A DNA stretch of 64,000 bases from a virus (lineage: Duplodnaviria > Heunggongvirae > Uroviricota > Caudoviricetes). This document shows, in pieces, positions 10,345-24,775 of the stretch. Under the pieces are notes generated by a model. That model was not told the DNA's origin. It did not search any database and saw only the letters and a list, made by a program, of their open reading frames with translations. The stretch lies in IMG/VR virus record IMGVR_UViG_2721755728_000011, one strand, 5' to 3'. The stretch's first letter is position 1. Each line of letters begins with the position of its first letter. A program made the position numbers and the translations under genes.

Positions 10345-10802
10345 GCAGAGTAACCGCGATTATATCCGCTCTGATTATCTGCATCATCGTCAGCCTGTCA
10401 TGGGCGGTCAATCATTACCGTGATAACGCAATCGCCTACAAAGCCCAGCGCGACAAAAATGCCAGAGAACTGAAGCTAGCGAACGCGGCAATTACTGACA
10501 TGCAGATGCGTCAGCGTGATGTTGCTGCGCTCGATGCAAAATACACGAAGGAGTTAGCTGATGCGAAAGCTGAAAATGATGCTCTGCGTGATGATGTTGC
10601 CGCTGGTCGTCGTCGGTTGCACATCAAAGCAGTCTGTCAGTCAGTGCGTGAAGCCACCACGGCCTCCGGCGTGGATAATGCAGCCTCCCCCCGACTGGCA
10701 GACACCGCTGAACGGGATTATTTCACCCTCAGAGAGAGGCTGATCACTATGCAAAAACAACTGGAAGGAACCCAGAAGTATATTAATGAGCAGTGCAGAT
10801 AG
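10341..10802 (+). CDS. rzpD: Rz i-spanin
   Basis: GTG start giving [11 protein letters not shown]...; lambda/DLP12 Rz-like throughout. Confidence 0.8.
10561..10743 (+). CDS. rzoD: Rz1 o-spanin lipoprotein (embedded)
   Basis: Lipobox VVGC followed by Pro-rich tail; embedded in Rz in another frame. Confidence 0.75.
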   Translation: MRKLKMMLCVMMLPLVVVGCTSKQSVSQCVKPPRPPAWIMQPPPDWQTPLNGIISPSERG

Positions 10803-10833
10803 AGCTGACCATATCGATGGGCAACTCATGCAA

Positions 10834-11127
10834 TTATTTTGAGCAATACACACGCGCTTCCAGCGGAGTATAAATGCCTAAAGTAATAAAACCGAGCAAT
10901 CCATTTACGAATGTTTGCTGGGTTTCTGTTTTAACAACATTTTCTGCGCCGCCACAAATTTTGGCTGCATCGACAGTTTTCTTCTGCCCAATTCCAGAAA
11001 CGAAGAAATGATGGGTGATGGTTTCCTTTGGTGCTACTGCTGTCTGTTTGTTTTGAACAGTAAACGTCTGTTGAGCACATCCTGTAATAAGCAGGGCCAG
11101 CGCAGTAGCGAGTAGCATTTTTTTCAT
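10834..11127 (-). CDS. borD: Bor serum-resistance lipoprotein
   Basis: 97 aa MKKMLLATALALLITGCAQQ..., matches remembered lambda Bor / DLP12 BorD. Confidence 0.9.
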   Translation of the reverse strand: MKKMLLATALALLITGCAQQTFTVQNKQTAVAPKETITHHFFVSGIGQKKTVDAAKICGGAENVVKTETQQTFVNGLLGFITLGIYTPLEARVYCSK

Positions 11128-11417
11128 GGTGTTATTCCCGATGCTTTTTGAAGTTCGCAGAATCGTATGTGTAGAAAATTAAACAAACCCTAAACAATGA
11201 GTTGAAATTTCATATTGTTAATATTTATTAATGTATGTCAGGTGCGATGAATCGTCATTGTATTCCCGGATTAACTATGTCCACAGCCCTGACGGGGAAC
11301 TTCTCTGCGGGAGTGTCCGGGAATAATTAAAAACGATGCACACAGGGTTTAGCGCGTACACGTATTGCATTATGCCAACGCCCCGGTGCTGACACGGAAG
11401 AAACCGGACGTTATGAT

Positions 11418-11951
11418 TTAGCGTGGAAAGATTTGTGTAGTGTTCTGAATGCTCTCAGTAAATAGTAATGAATTATCAAAGGTATAGTAATATCTTTTAT
11501 GTTCGTGGATATTTGTAACCCATCGGAAAACTCCTGCTTTAGCAAGATTTTCCCTGTATTGCTGAAATGTGATTTCTCTTGATTTCAACCTATCAAAGGA
11601 CGTTTCTATAAGATGCGTATTTCTTGAGAATTTAACATTTACAACCTTTTTAAGTCCTTTTATTAACACAGTGTTATCGTTTTCTAACACAATGTGAATA
11701 TTATCTGTGGCTAGATAGTAAATATAATGTGAGACATTGTGACGTTTTAGTTCAGAATAAAACAATTCACAGTTTAAATCTTTTCGCACTTGATCGAATA
11801 TTTCTTTAAAAATGGCAACCTGAGCCATTGGTAAAACCTTCCATGTGATACGAGGGCGCGTAGTTTGCATTATCGTTTTTATCGTTTCAATCTGGTCTGA
11901 CCTCTTTGTGTTTTGTTGATGATTTATGTCAAATATTAGGAATGTTTTCAA
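11418..11951 (-). CDS. ybcV: YbcV-like protein (lambda orf78 region homologue)
   Basis: 177-aa AT-rich ORF in the DLP12 ybcV position between bor and ybcW. Confidence 0.6.
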   Translation of the reverse strand: MKTFLIFDINHQQNTKRSDQIETIKTIMQTTRPRITWKVLPMAQVAIFKEIFDQVRKDLNCELFYSELKRHNVSHYIYYLATDNIHIVLENDNTVLIKGLKKVVNVKFSRNTHLIETSFDRLKSREITFQQYRENLAKAGVFRWVTNIHEHKRYYYTFDNSLLFTESIQNTTQIFPR

Positions 11952-12113
11952 TTAATAGTATTGGTTGTGTAACAAAGTGCGGTCCTGCTGGCATTCTGGA
12001 GGGAAATACAACCGACAGATGTATGTAAGGCCAACGTGCTCAAATCTTCATACAGAAAGATTTGAAGTAATATTTTAACCGCTAGATGAAGAGCAAGCGC
12101 ATGGAGCGACAAA

Positions 12114-12320
12114 ATGAATAAAGAACAATCTGCTGATGATCCCTCCGTGGATCTGATTCGTGTAAAAAATATGCTTAATAGCACCATTTCTATGAGTTAC
12201 CCTGATGTTGTAATTGCATGTATAGAACATAAGGTGTCTCTGGAAGCATTCAGGGCAATTGAGGCAGCGTTGGTGAAGCACGATAATAATATGAAGGATT
12301 ATTCCCTGGTGGTTGACTGA
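12114..12320 (+). CDS. ybcW: YbcW-like small protein (68 aa)
   Basis: Size and position match DLP12 ybcW / lambda orf79. Confidence 0.6.
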
Positions 12321-12484
12321 TCACCATAACTGCTAATCATTCAAACTACTTAACCTGTGACAGAGCCAACACGCAGTCTGTCACTGTCAGGAAAGTGGTA
12401 AAACTGCAACTCAATTACTGCAATGCCCTCGTAATTAAGTGAATTTACAATATCGTCCTGTTCGGAGGGAAGAACGCGGGATGT

Positions 12485-12679
12485 TCATTCTTCATCACTT
12501 TTAATTGATGTATATGCTATCTTTTCTGACGTTAGCCTCCGACGGCAGGCTTCAATGACCCAGGCTGAGAAATTCCCGGACCCTTTTTGATCAAGAGCGA
12601 TGTTAATTTGTTCAATCATTTGGTTAGGAAAGCGGATGTTGCGGGTTGTTGTTCTGCGGGTTCTGTTCTTCGTTGACAT
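12485..12679 (-). CDS. ylcI: YlcI-like DUF3950 protein (64 aa)
   Basis: Divergent from nu1 next to cos as in DLP12; second near-identical copy at 36981..37175. Confidence 0.6.
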   Translation of the reverse strand: MSTKNRTRRTTTRNIRFPNQMIEQINIALDQKGSGNFSAWVIEACRRRLTSEKIAYTSIKSDEE

Positions 12680-12878
12680 GAGGTTGCCCCGTATTCAGTG
12701 TCGCTGATTTGTATTGTCTGAAGTTGTTTTTACGTTAAGTTGATGCGGATCAATTAATACGATACCTGCGTCATAATTGATTATTTGACGTGGTTTGATG
12801 GCGTAGATGCACGTTGTGACATGTAGATGATAATTATTATCATTTTGCGGGTCCTTTCCGGCGATCCGACAGGTTACG

Positions 12879-12890
12879 GGGCGGCGACCT
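12879..12890 (+). other. cos: cosN cohesive-end site (gggcggcgacct)
   Basis: Sequence ...gacaggttacg|gggcggcgacct|cgcgggttttcgctatttatgaaaatttt matches the joined lambda right and left ends from memory. Confidence 0.85.
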
Positions 12891-13067
12891 CGCGGGTTTT
12901 CGCTATTTATGAAAATTTTCCGGTTTAAGGCGTTTCCGTTCTTCTTCGTCGTAACTTAATGTTTTTATTTAAAATACCCCCTGAAAAGAAAGGAAACGAC
13001 AGGTGCTGAAAACGAACTTTTGGGCCTTTGTCGTTTCCTTTCTCTGTTTTTGGCCGTGGAATGAACA

Positions 13068-13587
13068 ATGGAAGTCAACAAAAAGCAGCTGGCTGACATT
13101 TTCGGTGCGAGTATCCGTACCATTCAGAACTGGCAGGAACAGGGAATGCCCGTTCTGCGAGGCGGTGGCAAGGGTAATGAGGTGCTTTATGACTCTGCCG
13201 CCGTCATAAAATGGTATGCCGAAAGGGATGCTGAAATTGAGAACGAAAAGCTGCGCCGGGAGGTTGAAGAACTGCGGCAGGCCAGCGAGGCAGATCTCCA
13301 GCCAGGAACTATTGAGTACGAACGCCATCGACTTACGCGTGCGCAGGCCGACGCACAGGAACTGAAGAATGCCAGAGACTCCGCTGAAGTGGTGGAAACC
13401 GCATTCTGTACTTTCGTGTTGTCGCGGATCGCAGGTGAAATTGCCAGTATTCTCGACGGGCTCCCCCTGTCGGTGCAGCGGCGTTTTCCGGAACTGGAAA
13501 ACCGACATGTTGATTTCCTGAAACGGGATATCATCAAAGCCATGAACAAAGCAGCCGCGCTGGATGAACTGATACCGGGGTTGCTGA

Positions 13588-13613
<26 letters not shown>
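13068..13613 (+). CDS. nu1: Terminase small subunit Nu1
   Basis: 181 aa, MEVNKKQLADIFGASIRTIQNWQEQG..., matches remembered lambda Nu1. Confidence 0.95.
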
Positions 13614-17294
<3,681 letters not shown>

Positions 17295-17314
<20 letters not shown>

Positions 17315-18614
17315 TCTCCCGCATATTGCCAGCATGGCCTTTAATGAGCCGCTGATGCTTGAACCCGCCTATGCGCGGGTTTTCTTTTGTGCGCTTGCAG
17401 GCCAGCTTGGGATCAGCCGCCTGACGGATGCGGTGTCCGGCGACAGCCTGACTGCCCAGGAGGCACTCGCGACGCTGGCATTATCCGGTGATGATGACGG
17501 ACCACGACAGGCCCGCAGTTATCAGGTCATGAACGGCATCGCCGTGCTGCCGGTGTCCGGCACGCTGGTCAGCCGGACGCGGGCGCTGCAGCCGTACTCG
17601 GGGATGACCGGTTACAACGGCATTATCGCCCGTCTGCAACAGGCTGCCAGCGATCCGATGGTGGACGGCATTCTGCTCGATATGGACACGCCCGGCGGGA
17701 TGGTGGCGGGGGCATTTGACTGCGCTGACATCATCGCCCGTGTGCGTGACATAAAACCGGTATGGGCGCTTGCCAACGACATGAACTGCAGTGCAGGTCA
17801 GTTGCTTGCCAGTGCCGCCTCCCGGCGTCTGGTCACGCAGACCGCCCGGACAGGCTCCATCGGCGTCATGATGGCTCACAGTAATTACGGTGCTGCGCTG
17901 GAGAAACAGGGTGTGGAAATCACGCTGATTTACAGCGGCAGCCATAAGGTGGATGGCAACCCCTACAGCCATCTTCCGGATGACGTCCGGGAGACACTGC
18001 AGTCCCGGATGGACGCAACCCGCCGGATGTTTGCGCAGAAGGTGTCGGCATATACCGGCCTGTCCGTGCAGGCTGTGCTGGATACCGAGGCTGCAGTGTA
18101 CAGCGGTCAGGAGGCCATTGATGCCGGACTGGCTGATGAACTTGTTAACAGCACCGATGCGATCACCGTCATGCGTGATGCACTGGATGCACGTAAATCC
18201 CGTCTCTCAGGAGGGCGAATGACCAAAGAGACTCAATCAACAACTGTTTCAGCCACTGCTTCGCAGGCTGACGTTACTGACGTGGGGCCAGCGACGGAGG
18301 GCGAGAACGCCAGCGCGGCGCAGCCGGACGTGAACGCGCAGATCACCGCAGCGGTTGCGGCAGAAAACAGCCGCATTATGGGGATCCTCAACTGTGAGGA
18401 GGCTCACGGACGCGAAGAACAGGCACGCGTGCTGGCAGAAACCCCCGGTATGACCGTGAAAACGGCCCGCCGCATTCTGGCCGCAGCACCACAGAGTGCA
18501 CAGGCGCGCAGTGACACTGCGCTGGATCGTCTGATGCAGGGGGCACCGGCACCGCTGGCTGCAGGTAACCCGGCATCTGATGCCGTTAACGATTTGCTGA
18601 ACACACCAGTGTAA
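17295..18614 (+). CDS. C: Head maturation protease / scaffold C (includes nested Nu3)
   Basis: GTG start giving (M)TAELRNLPHIASMAFNEP...; track ORF extends upstream in frame. Confidence 0.9.
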
Positions 18615-18623
18615 GGGATGTTT

Positions 18624-18956
18624 ATGACGAGCAAAGAAACCTTTACCCATTACCAGCCGCAGGGCAACAGTGACCCGGCTCATACCGCAACCGCGCCCGG
18701 CGGATTGAGTGCGAAAGCGCCTGCAATGACCCCGCTGATGCTGGACACCTCCAGCCGTAAGCTGGTTGCGTGGGATGGCACCACCGACGGTGCTGCCGTT
18801 GGCATTCTTGCGGTTGCTGCTGACCAGACCAGCACCACGCTGACGTTCTACAAGTCCGGCACGTTCCGTTATGAGGATGTGCTCTGGCCGGAGGCTGCCA
18901 GCGACGAGACGAAAAAACGGACCGCGTTTGCCGGAACGGCAATCAGCATCGTTTAA
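18624..18956 (+). CDS. D: Head decoration protein D
   Basis: 110 aa [27 protein letters not shown]..., lambda gpD. Confidence 0.95.
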
Positions 18957-18976
18957 CTTTACCCTTCATCACTAAA

Positions 18977-18998
18977 GGCCGCCTGTGCGGCTTTTTTT
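18977..18998 (+). terminator. Intrinsic terminator hairpin between D and E
   Basis: ggccgc-ctgt-gcggc stem followed by 7 T. Confidence 0.55.
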
Positions 18999-19011
18999 AC
19001 GGGATTTTTTT

Positions 19012-20037
19012 ATGTCGATGTACACAACCGCCCAACTGCTGGCGGCAAATGAGCAGAAATTTAAGTTTGATCCGCTGTTTCTGCGTCTCTTTTTCCGTGA
19101 GAGCTATCCCTTCACCACGGAGAAAGTCTATCTCTCACAAATTCCGGGACTGGTAAACATGGCGCTGTACGTTTCGCCGATTGTTTCCGGTGAGGTTATC
19201 CGTTCCCGTGGCGGCTCCACCTCTGAATTTACGCCGGGATATGTCAAGCCGAAGCATGAAGTGAATCCGCAGATGACCCTGCGTCGCCTGCCGGATGAAG
19301 ATCCGCAGAATCTGGCGGACCCGGCTTACCGCCGCCGTCGCATCATCATGCAGAACATGCGTGACGAAGAGCTGGCCATTGCTCAGGTCGAAGAGATGCA
19401 GGCAGTTTCTGCCGTGCTTAAGGGCAAATACACCATGACCGGTGAAGCCTTCGATCCGGTTGAGGTGGATATGGGCCGCAGTGAGGAGAATAACATCACG
19501 CAGTCCGGCGGCACGGAGTGGAGCAAGCGTGACAAGTCCACGTATGACCCGACCGACGATATCGAAGCCTACGCGCTGAACGCCAGCGGTGTGGTGAATA
19601 TCATCGTGTTCGATCCGAAAGGCTGGGCGCTGTTCCGTTCCTTCAAAGCCGTCAAGGAGAAGCTGGATACCCGTCGTGGCTCTAATTCCGAGCTGGAGAC
19701 AGCGGTGAAAGACCTAGGTAAAGCGGTGTCCTATAAGGGGATGTATGGCGATGTGGCCATCGTCGTGTATTCCGGACAGTACGTGGAAAACGGCGTCAAA
19801 AAGAACTTCCTGCCGGACAACACGATGGTGCTGGGGAACACTCAGGCACGCGGTCTGCGCACCTATGGCTGCATTCAGGATGCGGACGCACAGCGCGAAG
19901 GCATTAACGCCTCTGCCCGTTACCCGAAAAACTGGGTGACCACCGGCGATCCGGCGCGTGAGTTCACCATGATTCAGTCAGCACCGCTGATGCTGCTGGC
20001 TGACCCTGATGAGTTCGTGTCCGTACAACTGGCGTAA
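19012..20037 (+). CDS. E: Major capsid protein E
   Basis: 341 aa MSMYTTAQLLAANEQKFKFDPLFLRLFFRESYPF..., lambda gpE. Confidence 0.95.
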   Translation: MSMYTTAQLLAANEQKFKFDPLFLRLFFRESYPFTTEKVYLSQIPGLVNMALYVSPIVSGEVIRSRGGSTSEFTPGYVKPKHEVNPQMTLRRLPDEDPQNLADPAYRRRRIIMQNMRDEELAIAQVEEMQAVSAVLKGKYTMTGEAFDPVEVDMGRSEENNITQSGGTEWSKRDKSTYDPTDDIEAYALNASGVVNIIVFDPKGWALFRSFKAVKEKLDTRRGSNSELETAVKDLGKAVSYKGMYGDVAIVVYSGQYVENGVKKNFLPDNTMVLGNTQARGLRTYGCIQDADAQREGINASARYPKNWVTTGDPAREFTMIQSAPLMLLADPDEFVSVQLA

Positions 20038-20041
20038 TCAT

Positions 20042-20063
20042 GGCCCTTCGGGGCCATTGTTTC
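20042..20063 (+). terminator. Hairpin terminator after E (ggccc-ttcg-gggcc then T-rich)
   Basis: UUCG tetraloop hairpin immediately after the E stop codon. Confidence 0.5.
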
Positions 20064-20078
20064 TCTGTGGAGGAGTCC

Positions 20079-20477
20079 ATGACGAAAGATGAACTGATTG
20101 CCCGTCTCCGCTCGCTGGGTGAACAACTGAACCGTGATGTCAGCCTGACGGGGACGAAAGAAGAACTGGCGCTCCGTGTGGCAGAGCTGGAAGAGGAGCT
20201 TGATGACACGGATGAAACTGCCGGTCAGGACACCCCTCTCAGCCGGGAAAATGTGCTGACCGGACATGAAAATGAGGTGGGATCAGCGCAGCCGGATACC
20301 GTGATTCTGGATACGTCTGAACTGGTCACGGTCGTGGCACTGGTGAAGCTGCATACTGATGCACTTCACGCCACGCGGGATGAACCTGTGGCATTTGTGC
20401 TGCCGGGAACGGCGTTTCGTGTCTCTGCCGGTGTGGCAGCCGAAATGACAGAGCGCGGCCTGGCCAGAATGCAATAA
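20079..20477 (+). CDS. Fi: DNA-packaging / head assembly protein Fi
   Basis: 132 aa MTKDELIARLRSLGEQLNRDV..., lambda Fi. Confidence 0.9.
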   Translation: MTKDELIARLRSLGEQLNRDVSLTGTKEELALRVAELEEELDDTDETAGQDTPLSRENVLTGHENEVGSAQPDTVILDTSELVTVVALVKLHTDALHATRDEPVAFVLPGTAFRVSAGVAAEMTERGLARMQ

Positions 20478-20488
20478 CGGGAGGCGCT

Positions 20489-20842
20489 GTGGCTGATTTC
20501 GATAACCTGTTCGATGCTGCCATTGCCCGCGCCGATGAAACGATACGCGGGTACATGGGAACGTCAGCCACCATTACATCCGGTGAGCAGTCAGGTGCGG
20601 TGATACGTGGTGTTTTTGATGACCCTGAAAATATCAGCTATGCCGGACAGGGCGTGCGCGTTGAAGGCTCCAGCCCGTCCCTGTTTGTCCGGACTGATGA
20701 GGTGCGGCAGCTGCGGCGTGGAGACACGCTGACCATCGGTGAGGAAAATTTCTGGGTAGATCGGGTTTCGCCGGATGATGGCGGAAGTTGTCATCTCTGG
20801 CTTGGACGGGGCGTACCGCCTGCCGTTAACCGTCGCCGCTGA
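20489..20842 (+). CDS. FII: Head-tail connector protein FII
   Basis: 117 aa, GTG start, (M)ADFDNLFDAAIARADETIRGYMG..., lambda FII. Confidence 0.9.
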   Translation: MADFDNLFDAAIARADETIRGYMGTSATITSGEQSGAVIRGVFDDPENISYAGQGVRVEGSSPSLFVRTDEVRQLRRGDTLTIGEENFWVDRVSPDDGGSCHLWLGRGVPPAVNRRR

Positions 20843-20853
20843 AAGGGGGATGT

Positions 20854-21432
20854 ATGGCCATAAAAGGTCTTGAGCAGGCCGTTGAAAACCTCAGCCGTAT
20901 CAGCAAAACGGCGGTGCCTGGTGCCGCCGCAATGGCCATTAACCGCGTTGCTTCATCCGCGATATCGCAGTCGGCGTCACAGGTTGCCCGTGAGACAAAG
21001 GTACGCCGGAAACTGGTAAAGGAAAGGGCCAGGCTGAAAAGGGCCACGGTCAAAAATCCGCAGGCCAGAATCAAAGTTAACCGGGGGGATTTGCCCGTAA
21101 TCAAGCTGGGTAATGCGCGGGTTGTCCTTTCGCGCCGCAGGCGTCGTAAAAAGGGGCAGCGTTCATCCCTGAAAGGTGGCGGCAGCGTGCTTGTGGTGGG
21201 TAACCGTCGTATTCCCGGCGCGTTTATTCAGCAACTGAAAAATGGCCGGTGGCATGTCATGCAGCGTGTGGCCGGGAAAAACCGTTACCCCATTGATGTG
21301 GTGAAAATCCCGATGGCGGTGCCGCTGACCACGGCGTTTAAACAAAATATTGAGCGGATACGGCGTGAACGTCTTCCGAAAGAGCTGGGCTATGCGCTGC
21401 AGCATCAACTGAGGATGGTAATAAAGCGATGA
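20854..21432 (+). CDS. Z: Tail completion protein Z
   Basis: 192 aa MAIKGLEQAVENLSRISKTAVPG..., lambda Z. Confidence 0.9.
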   Translation: MAIKGLEQAVENLSRISKTAVPGAAAMAINRVASSAISQSASQVARETKVRRKLVKERARLKRATVKNPQARIKVNRGDLPVIKLGNARVVLSRRRRRKKGQRSSLKGGGSVLVVGNRRIPGAFIQQLKNGRWHVMQRVAGKNRYPIDVVKIPMAVPLTTAFKQNIERIRRERLPKELGYALQHQLRMVIKR

Positions 21433-21824
21433 AACATACTGAACTCCGTGCAGCCGTACTGGATGCACTGGAGAAGCATGACACCGGGGCGACGTTTTTT
21501 GATGGTCGCCCCGCTGTTTTTGATGAGGCGGATTTTCCGGCAGTTGCCGTTTATCTCACCGGCGCTGAATACACGGGCGAAGAGCTGGACAGCGATACCT
21601 GGCAGGCGGAGCTGCATATCGAAGTTTTCCTGCCTGCTCAGGTGCCGGATTCAGAGCTGGATGCGTGGATGGAGTCCCGGATTTATCCGGTGATGAGCGA
21701 TATCCCGGCACTGTCAGATTTGATCACCAGTATGGTGGCCAGTGGCTATGACTACCGGCGCGACGATGATGCGGGCCTGTGGAGTTCAGCCGATCTGACT
21801 TATGTCATTACCTATGAAATGTGA
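21429..21824 (+). CDS. U: Tail terminator protein U
   Basis: 131 aa, lambda U. Confidence 0.9.
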   Translation: MKHTELRAAVLDALEKHDTGATFFDGRPAVFDEADFPAVAVYLTGAEYTGEELDSDTWQAELHIEVFLPAQVPDSELDAWMESRIYPVMSDIPALSDLITSMVASGYDYRRDDDAGLWSSADLTYVITYEM

Positions 21825-21831
21825 GGACGCT

Positions 21832-22572
21832 ATGCCTGTACCAAATCCTACAATGCCGGTGAAAGGTGCCGGGACCACCCTGTGGGTTTATAAGGGGAGC
21901 GGTGACCCTTATGCGAATCCGCTTTCAGACGTTGACTGGTCGCGTCTGGCAAAAGTTAAAGACCTGACGCCCGGCGAACTGACCGCTGAGTCCTATGACG
22001 ACAGCTATCTCGATGATGAAGATGCAGACTGGACTGCGACCGGGCAGGGGCAGAAATCTGCCGGAGATACCAGCTTCACGCTGGCGTGGATGCCCGGAGA
22101 GCAGGGGCAGCAGGCGCTGCTGGCGTGGTTTAATGAAGGCGATACCCGTGCCTATAAAATCCGCTTCCCGAACGGCACGGTCGATGTGTTCCGTGGCTGG
22201 GTCAGCAGTATCGGTAAGGCGGTGACGGCGAAGGAAGTGATCACCCGCACGGTGAAAGTCACCAATGTGGGACGTCCGTCGATGGCAGAAGATCGCAGCA
22301 CGGTAACAGCGGCAACCGGCATGACCGTGACGCCTTCCAGCACCTCGGTGGTGAAAGGGCAGAGCACCACGCTGACCGTGGCCTTCCAGCCGGAGGGCGT
22401 AACCGACAAGAGCTTTCGTGCGGTGTCTGCGGATAAAACAAAAGCCACCGTGTCGGTCAGTGGTATGACCATCACCGTGAACGGCGTTGCTGCAGGCAAG
22501 GTCAACATTCCGGTTGTATCCGGTAATGGTGAGTTTGCTGCGGTTGCAGAAATTACCGTCACCGCCAGTTAA
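21832..22572 (+). CDS. V: Major tail tube protein V
   Basis: 246 aa [22 protein letters not shown]..., lambda V with C-terminal Ig-like domain. Confidence 0.95.
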   Translation: MPVPNPTMPVKGAGTTLWVYKGSGDPYANPLSDVDWSRLAKVKDLTPGELTAESYDDSYLDDEDADWTATGQGQKSAGDTSFTLAWMPGEQGQQALLAWFNEGDTRAYKIRFPNGTVDVFRGWVSSIGKAVTAKEVITRTVKVTNVGRPSMAEDRSTVTAATGMTVTPSSTSVVKGQSTTLTVAFQPEGVTDKSFRAVSADKTKATVSVSGMTITVNGVAAGKVNIPVVSGNGEFAAVAEITVTAS

Positions 22573-22587
22573 TCCGGAGAGTCAGCG

Positions 22588-23010
22588 ATGTTCCTGAAAA
22601 CCGAATCATTTGAACATAACGGTGTGACCGTCACGCTTTCTGAACTGTCAGCCCTGCAGCGCATTGAGCATCTCGCCCTGATGAAACGGCAGGCAGAACA
22701 GGCGGAGTCAGACAGCAACCGGAAGTTTACTGTGGAAGACGCCATCAGAACCGGCGCGTTTCTGGTGGCGATGTCCCTGTGGCATAACCATCCGCAGAAG
22801 ACGCAGATGCCGTCCATGAATGAAGCCGTTAAACAGATTGAGCAGGAAGTGCTTACCACCTGGCCCACGGAGGCAATTTCTCATGCTGAAAACGTGGTGT
22901 ACCGGCTGTCTGGTATGTATGAGTTTGTGGTGAATAATGCCCCTGAACAGACAGAGGACGCCGGGCCCGCAGAGCCTGTTTCTGCGGGAAAGTGTTCGAC
23001 GGTGAGCTGA
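22588..23010 (+). CDS. G: Tail assembly chaperone G
   Basis: 140 aa MFLKTESFEHNGVTVTLSELSALQRIEHLALMKR..., lambda G. Confidence 0.9.
   Translation: MFLKTESFEHNGVTVTLSELSALQRIEHLALMKRQAEQAESDSNRKFTVEDAIRTGAFLVAMSLWHNHPQKTQMPSMNEAVKQIEQEVLTTWPTEAISHAENVVYRLSGMYEFVVNNAPEQTEDAGPAEPVSAGKCSTVS
22986..22992 (+). promoter_or_regulatory. Programmed -1 ribosomal frameshift slippery heptamer GGGAAAG (G to GT)
   Basis: Heptamer at the G/T overlap, as in lambda. Confidence 0.8.
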
Positions 23011-23426
23011 GTTTTGCCCTGAAACTGGCGCGTGAGATGGGGCGACCCGACTGGCGTGCCATGCTTGCCGGGATGTCATCCACGGAGTATGCCGACTGGC
23101 ACCGCTTTTACAGTACCCATTATTTTCATGATGTTCTGCTGGATATGCACTTTTCCGGGCTGACGTACACCGTGCTCAGCCTGTTTTTCAGCGATCCGGA
23201 TATGCATCCGCTGGATTTCAGTCTGCTGAACCGGCGCGAGGCTGACGAAGAGCCTGAAGATGATGTGCTGATGCAGAAAGCGGCAGGGCTTGCCGGAGGT
23301 GTCCGCTTTGGCCCGGACGGGAATGAAGTTATCCCCGCTTCCCCGGATGTGGCGGACATGACGGAGGATGACGTAATGCTGATGACAGTATCAGAAGGGA
23401 TCGCAGGAGGAGTCCGGTATGGCTGA
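22992..23426 (+). CDS. T: T portion of tail assembly chaperone GT (frameshift product)
   Basis: 144-aa -1 frame ORF overlapping G end; lambda T-like. Confidence 0.85.
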   Translation: MFDGELSFALKLAREMGRPDWRAMLAGMSSTEYADWHRFYSTHYFHDVLLDMHFSGLTYTVLSLFFSDPDMHPLDFSLLNRREADEEPEDDVLMQKAAGLAGGVRFGPDGNEVIPASPDVADMTEDDVMLMTVSEGIAGGVRYG

Positions 23427-24765
23427 ACCGGTAGGCGATCTGGTCGTTGATTTGAGTCTGGATGCGGCCAGATTTGACGAGCAGATGGCCAGAGTCAGGC
23501 GTCATTTTTCCGGTACGGAAAGTGATGCGAAAAAAACAGCGGCAGTCGTTGAACAGTCGCTGAGCCGACAGGCGCTGGCTGCACAGAAAGCGGGGATTTC
23601 CGTCGGGCAGTATAAAGCCGCCATGCGTATGCTGCCTGCACAGTTCACCGACGTGGCCACGCAGCTTGCAGGCGGGCAAAGTCCGTGGCTGATCCTGCTG
23701 CAACAGGGGGGGCAGGTGAAGGACTCCTTCGGCGGGATGATCCCCATGTTCAGGGGGCTTGCCGGTGCGATCACCCTGCCGATGGTGGGGGCCACCTCGC
23801 TGGCGGTGGCGACCGGTGCGCTGGCGTATGCCTGGTATCAGGGCAACTCAACCCTGTCCGATTTCAACAAAACGCTGGTCCTTTCCGGCAATCAGGCGGG
23901 ACTGACGGCAGATCGTATGCTGGTCCTGTCCAGAGCCGGGCAGGCGGCAGGGCTGACGTTTAACCAGACCAGCGAGTCACTCAGCGCACTGGTTAAGGCG
24001 GGGGTAAGCGGTGAGGCTCAGATTGCGTCCATCAGCCAGAGTGTGGCGCGTTTCTCCTCTGCATCCGGCGTGGAGGTGGACAAGGTCGCTGAAGCCTTCG
24101 GGAAGCTGACCACAGACCCGACGTCGGGGCTGACGGCGATGGCACGCCAGTTCCATAACGTGACGACGGAGCAGATTGCGTATGTTGCTCAGTTGCAGCG
24201 TTCCGGCGATGAAGCCGGGGCATTGCAGGCGGCGAACGAGGCCGCAACGAAAGGGTTTGATGACCAGACCCGCCGCCTGAAAGAGAACATGGGCACGCTG
24301 GAGACCTGGGCAGACAGGACTGCGCGGGCATTCAAATCCATGTGGGATGCGGTGCTGGATATCGGTCGTCCTGATACCGCGCAGGAGATGCTGATTAAGG
24401 CAGAGGCTGCGTTTAAGAAAGCAGACGACATCTGGAATCTGCGCAAGGATGATTATTTTGTTAACGATGAAGCGCGGGCGCGTTACTGGGATGATCGTGA
24501 AAAGGCCCGTCTTGCGCTTGAAGCCGCCCGAAAGAAGGCTGAGCAGCAGACTCAACAGGACAAAAATGCGCAGCAGCAGAGCGATACCGAAGCGTCACGG
24601 CTGAAATATACCGAAGAGGCGCAGAAGGCTTACGAACGGCTGCAGACGCCGCTGGAGAAATATACCGCCCGTCAGGAAGAACTGAACAAGGCACTGAAAG
24701 ACGGGAAAATCCTGCAGGCGGATTACAACACGCTGATGGCGGCGGCGAAAAAGGATTATGAAGGG
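23419..24765 (+). pseudogene. H: Tape-measure protein H, 5' portion only (about codons 1..448)
   Basis: Matches remembered lambda H through ...LMAAAKKDYE, then runs into antisense of the other H copy; the 574-aa track ORF is read-through. Confidence 0.85.
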
Positions 24766-24775
24766 CCTTATTCAG
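24755..24775. other. Inverted (tail-to-tail) junction between two truncated H genes
   Basis: Plus-strand H homology ends at about 24762; minus-strand H homology ends at about 24764; no shared flanking sequence. Confidence 0.8.
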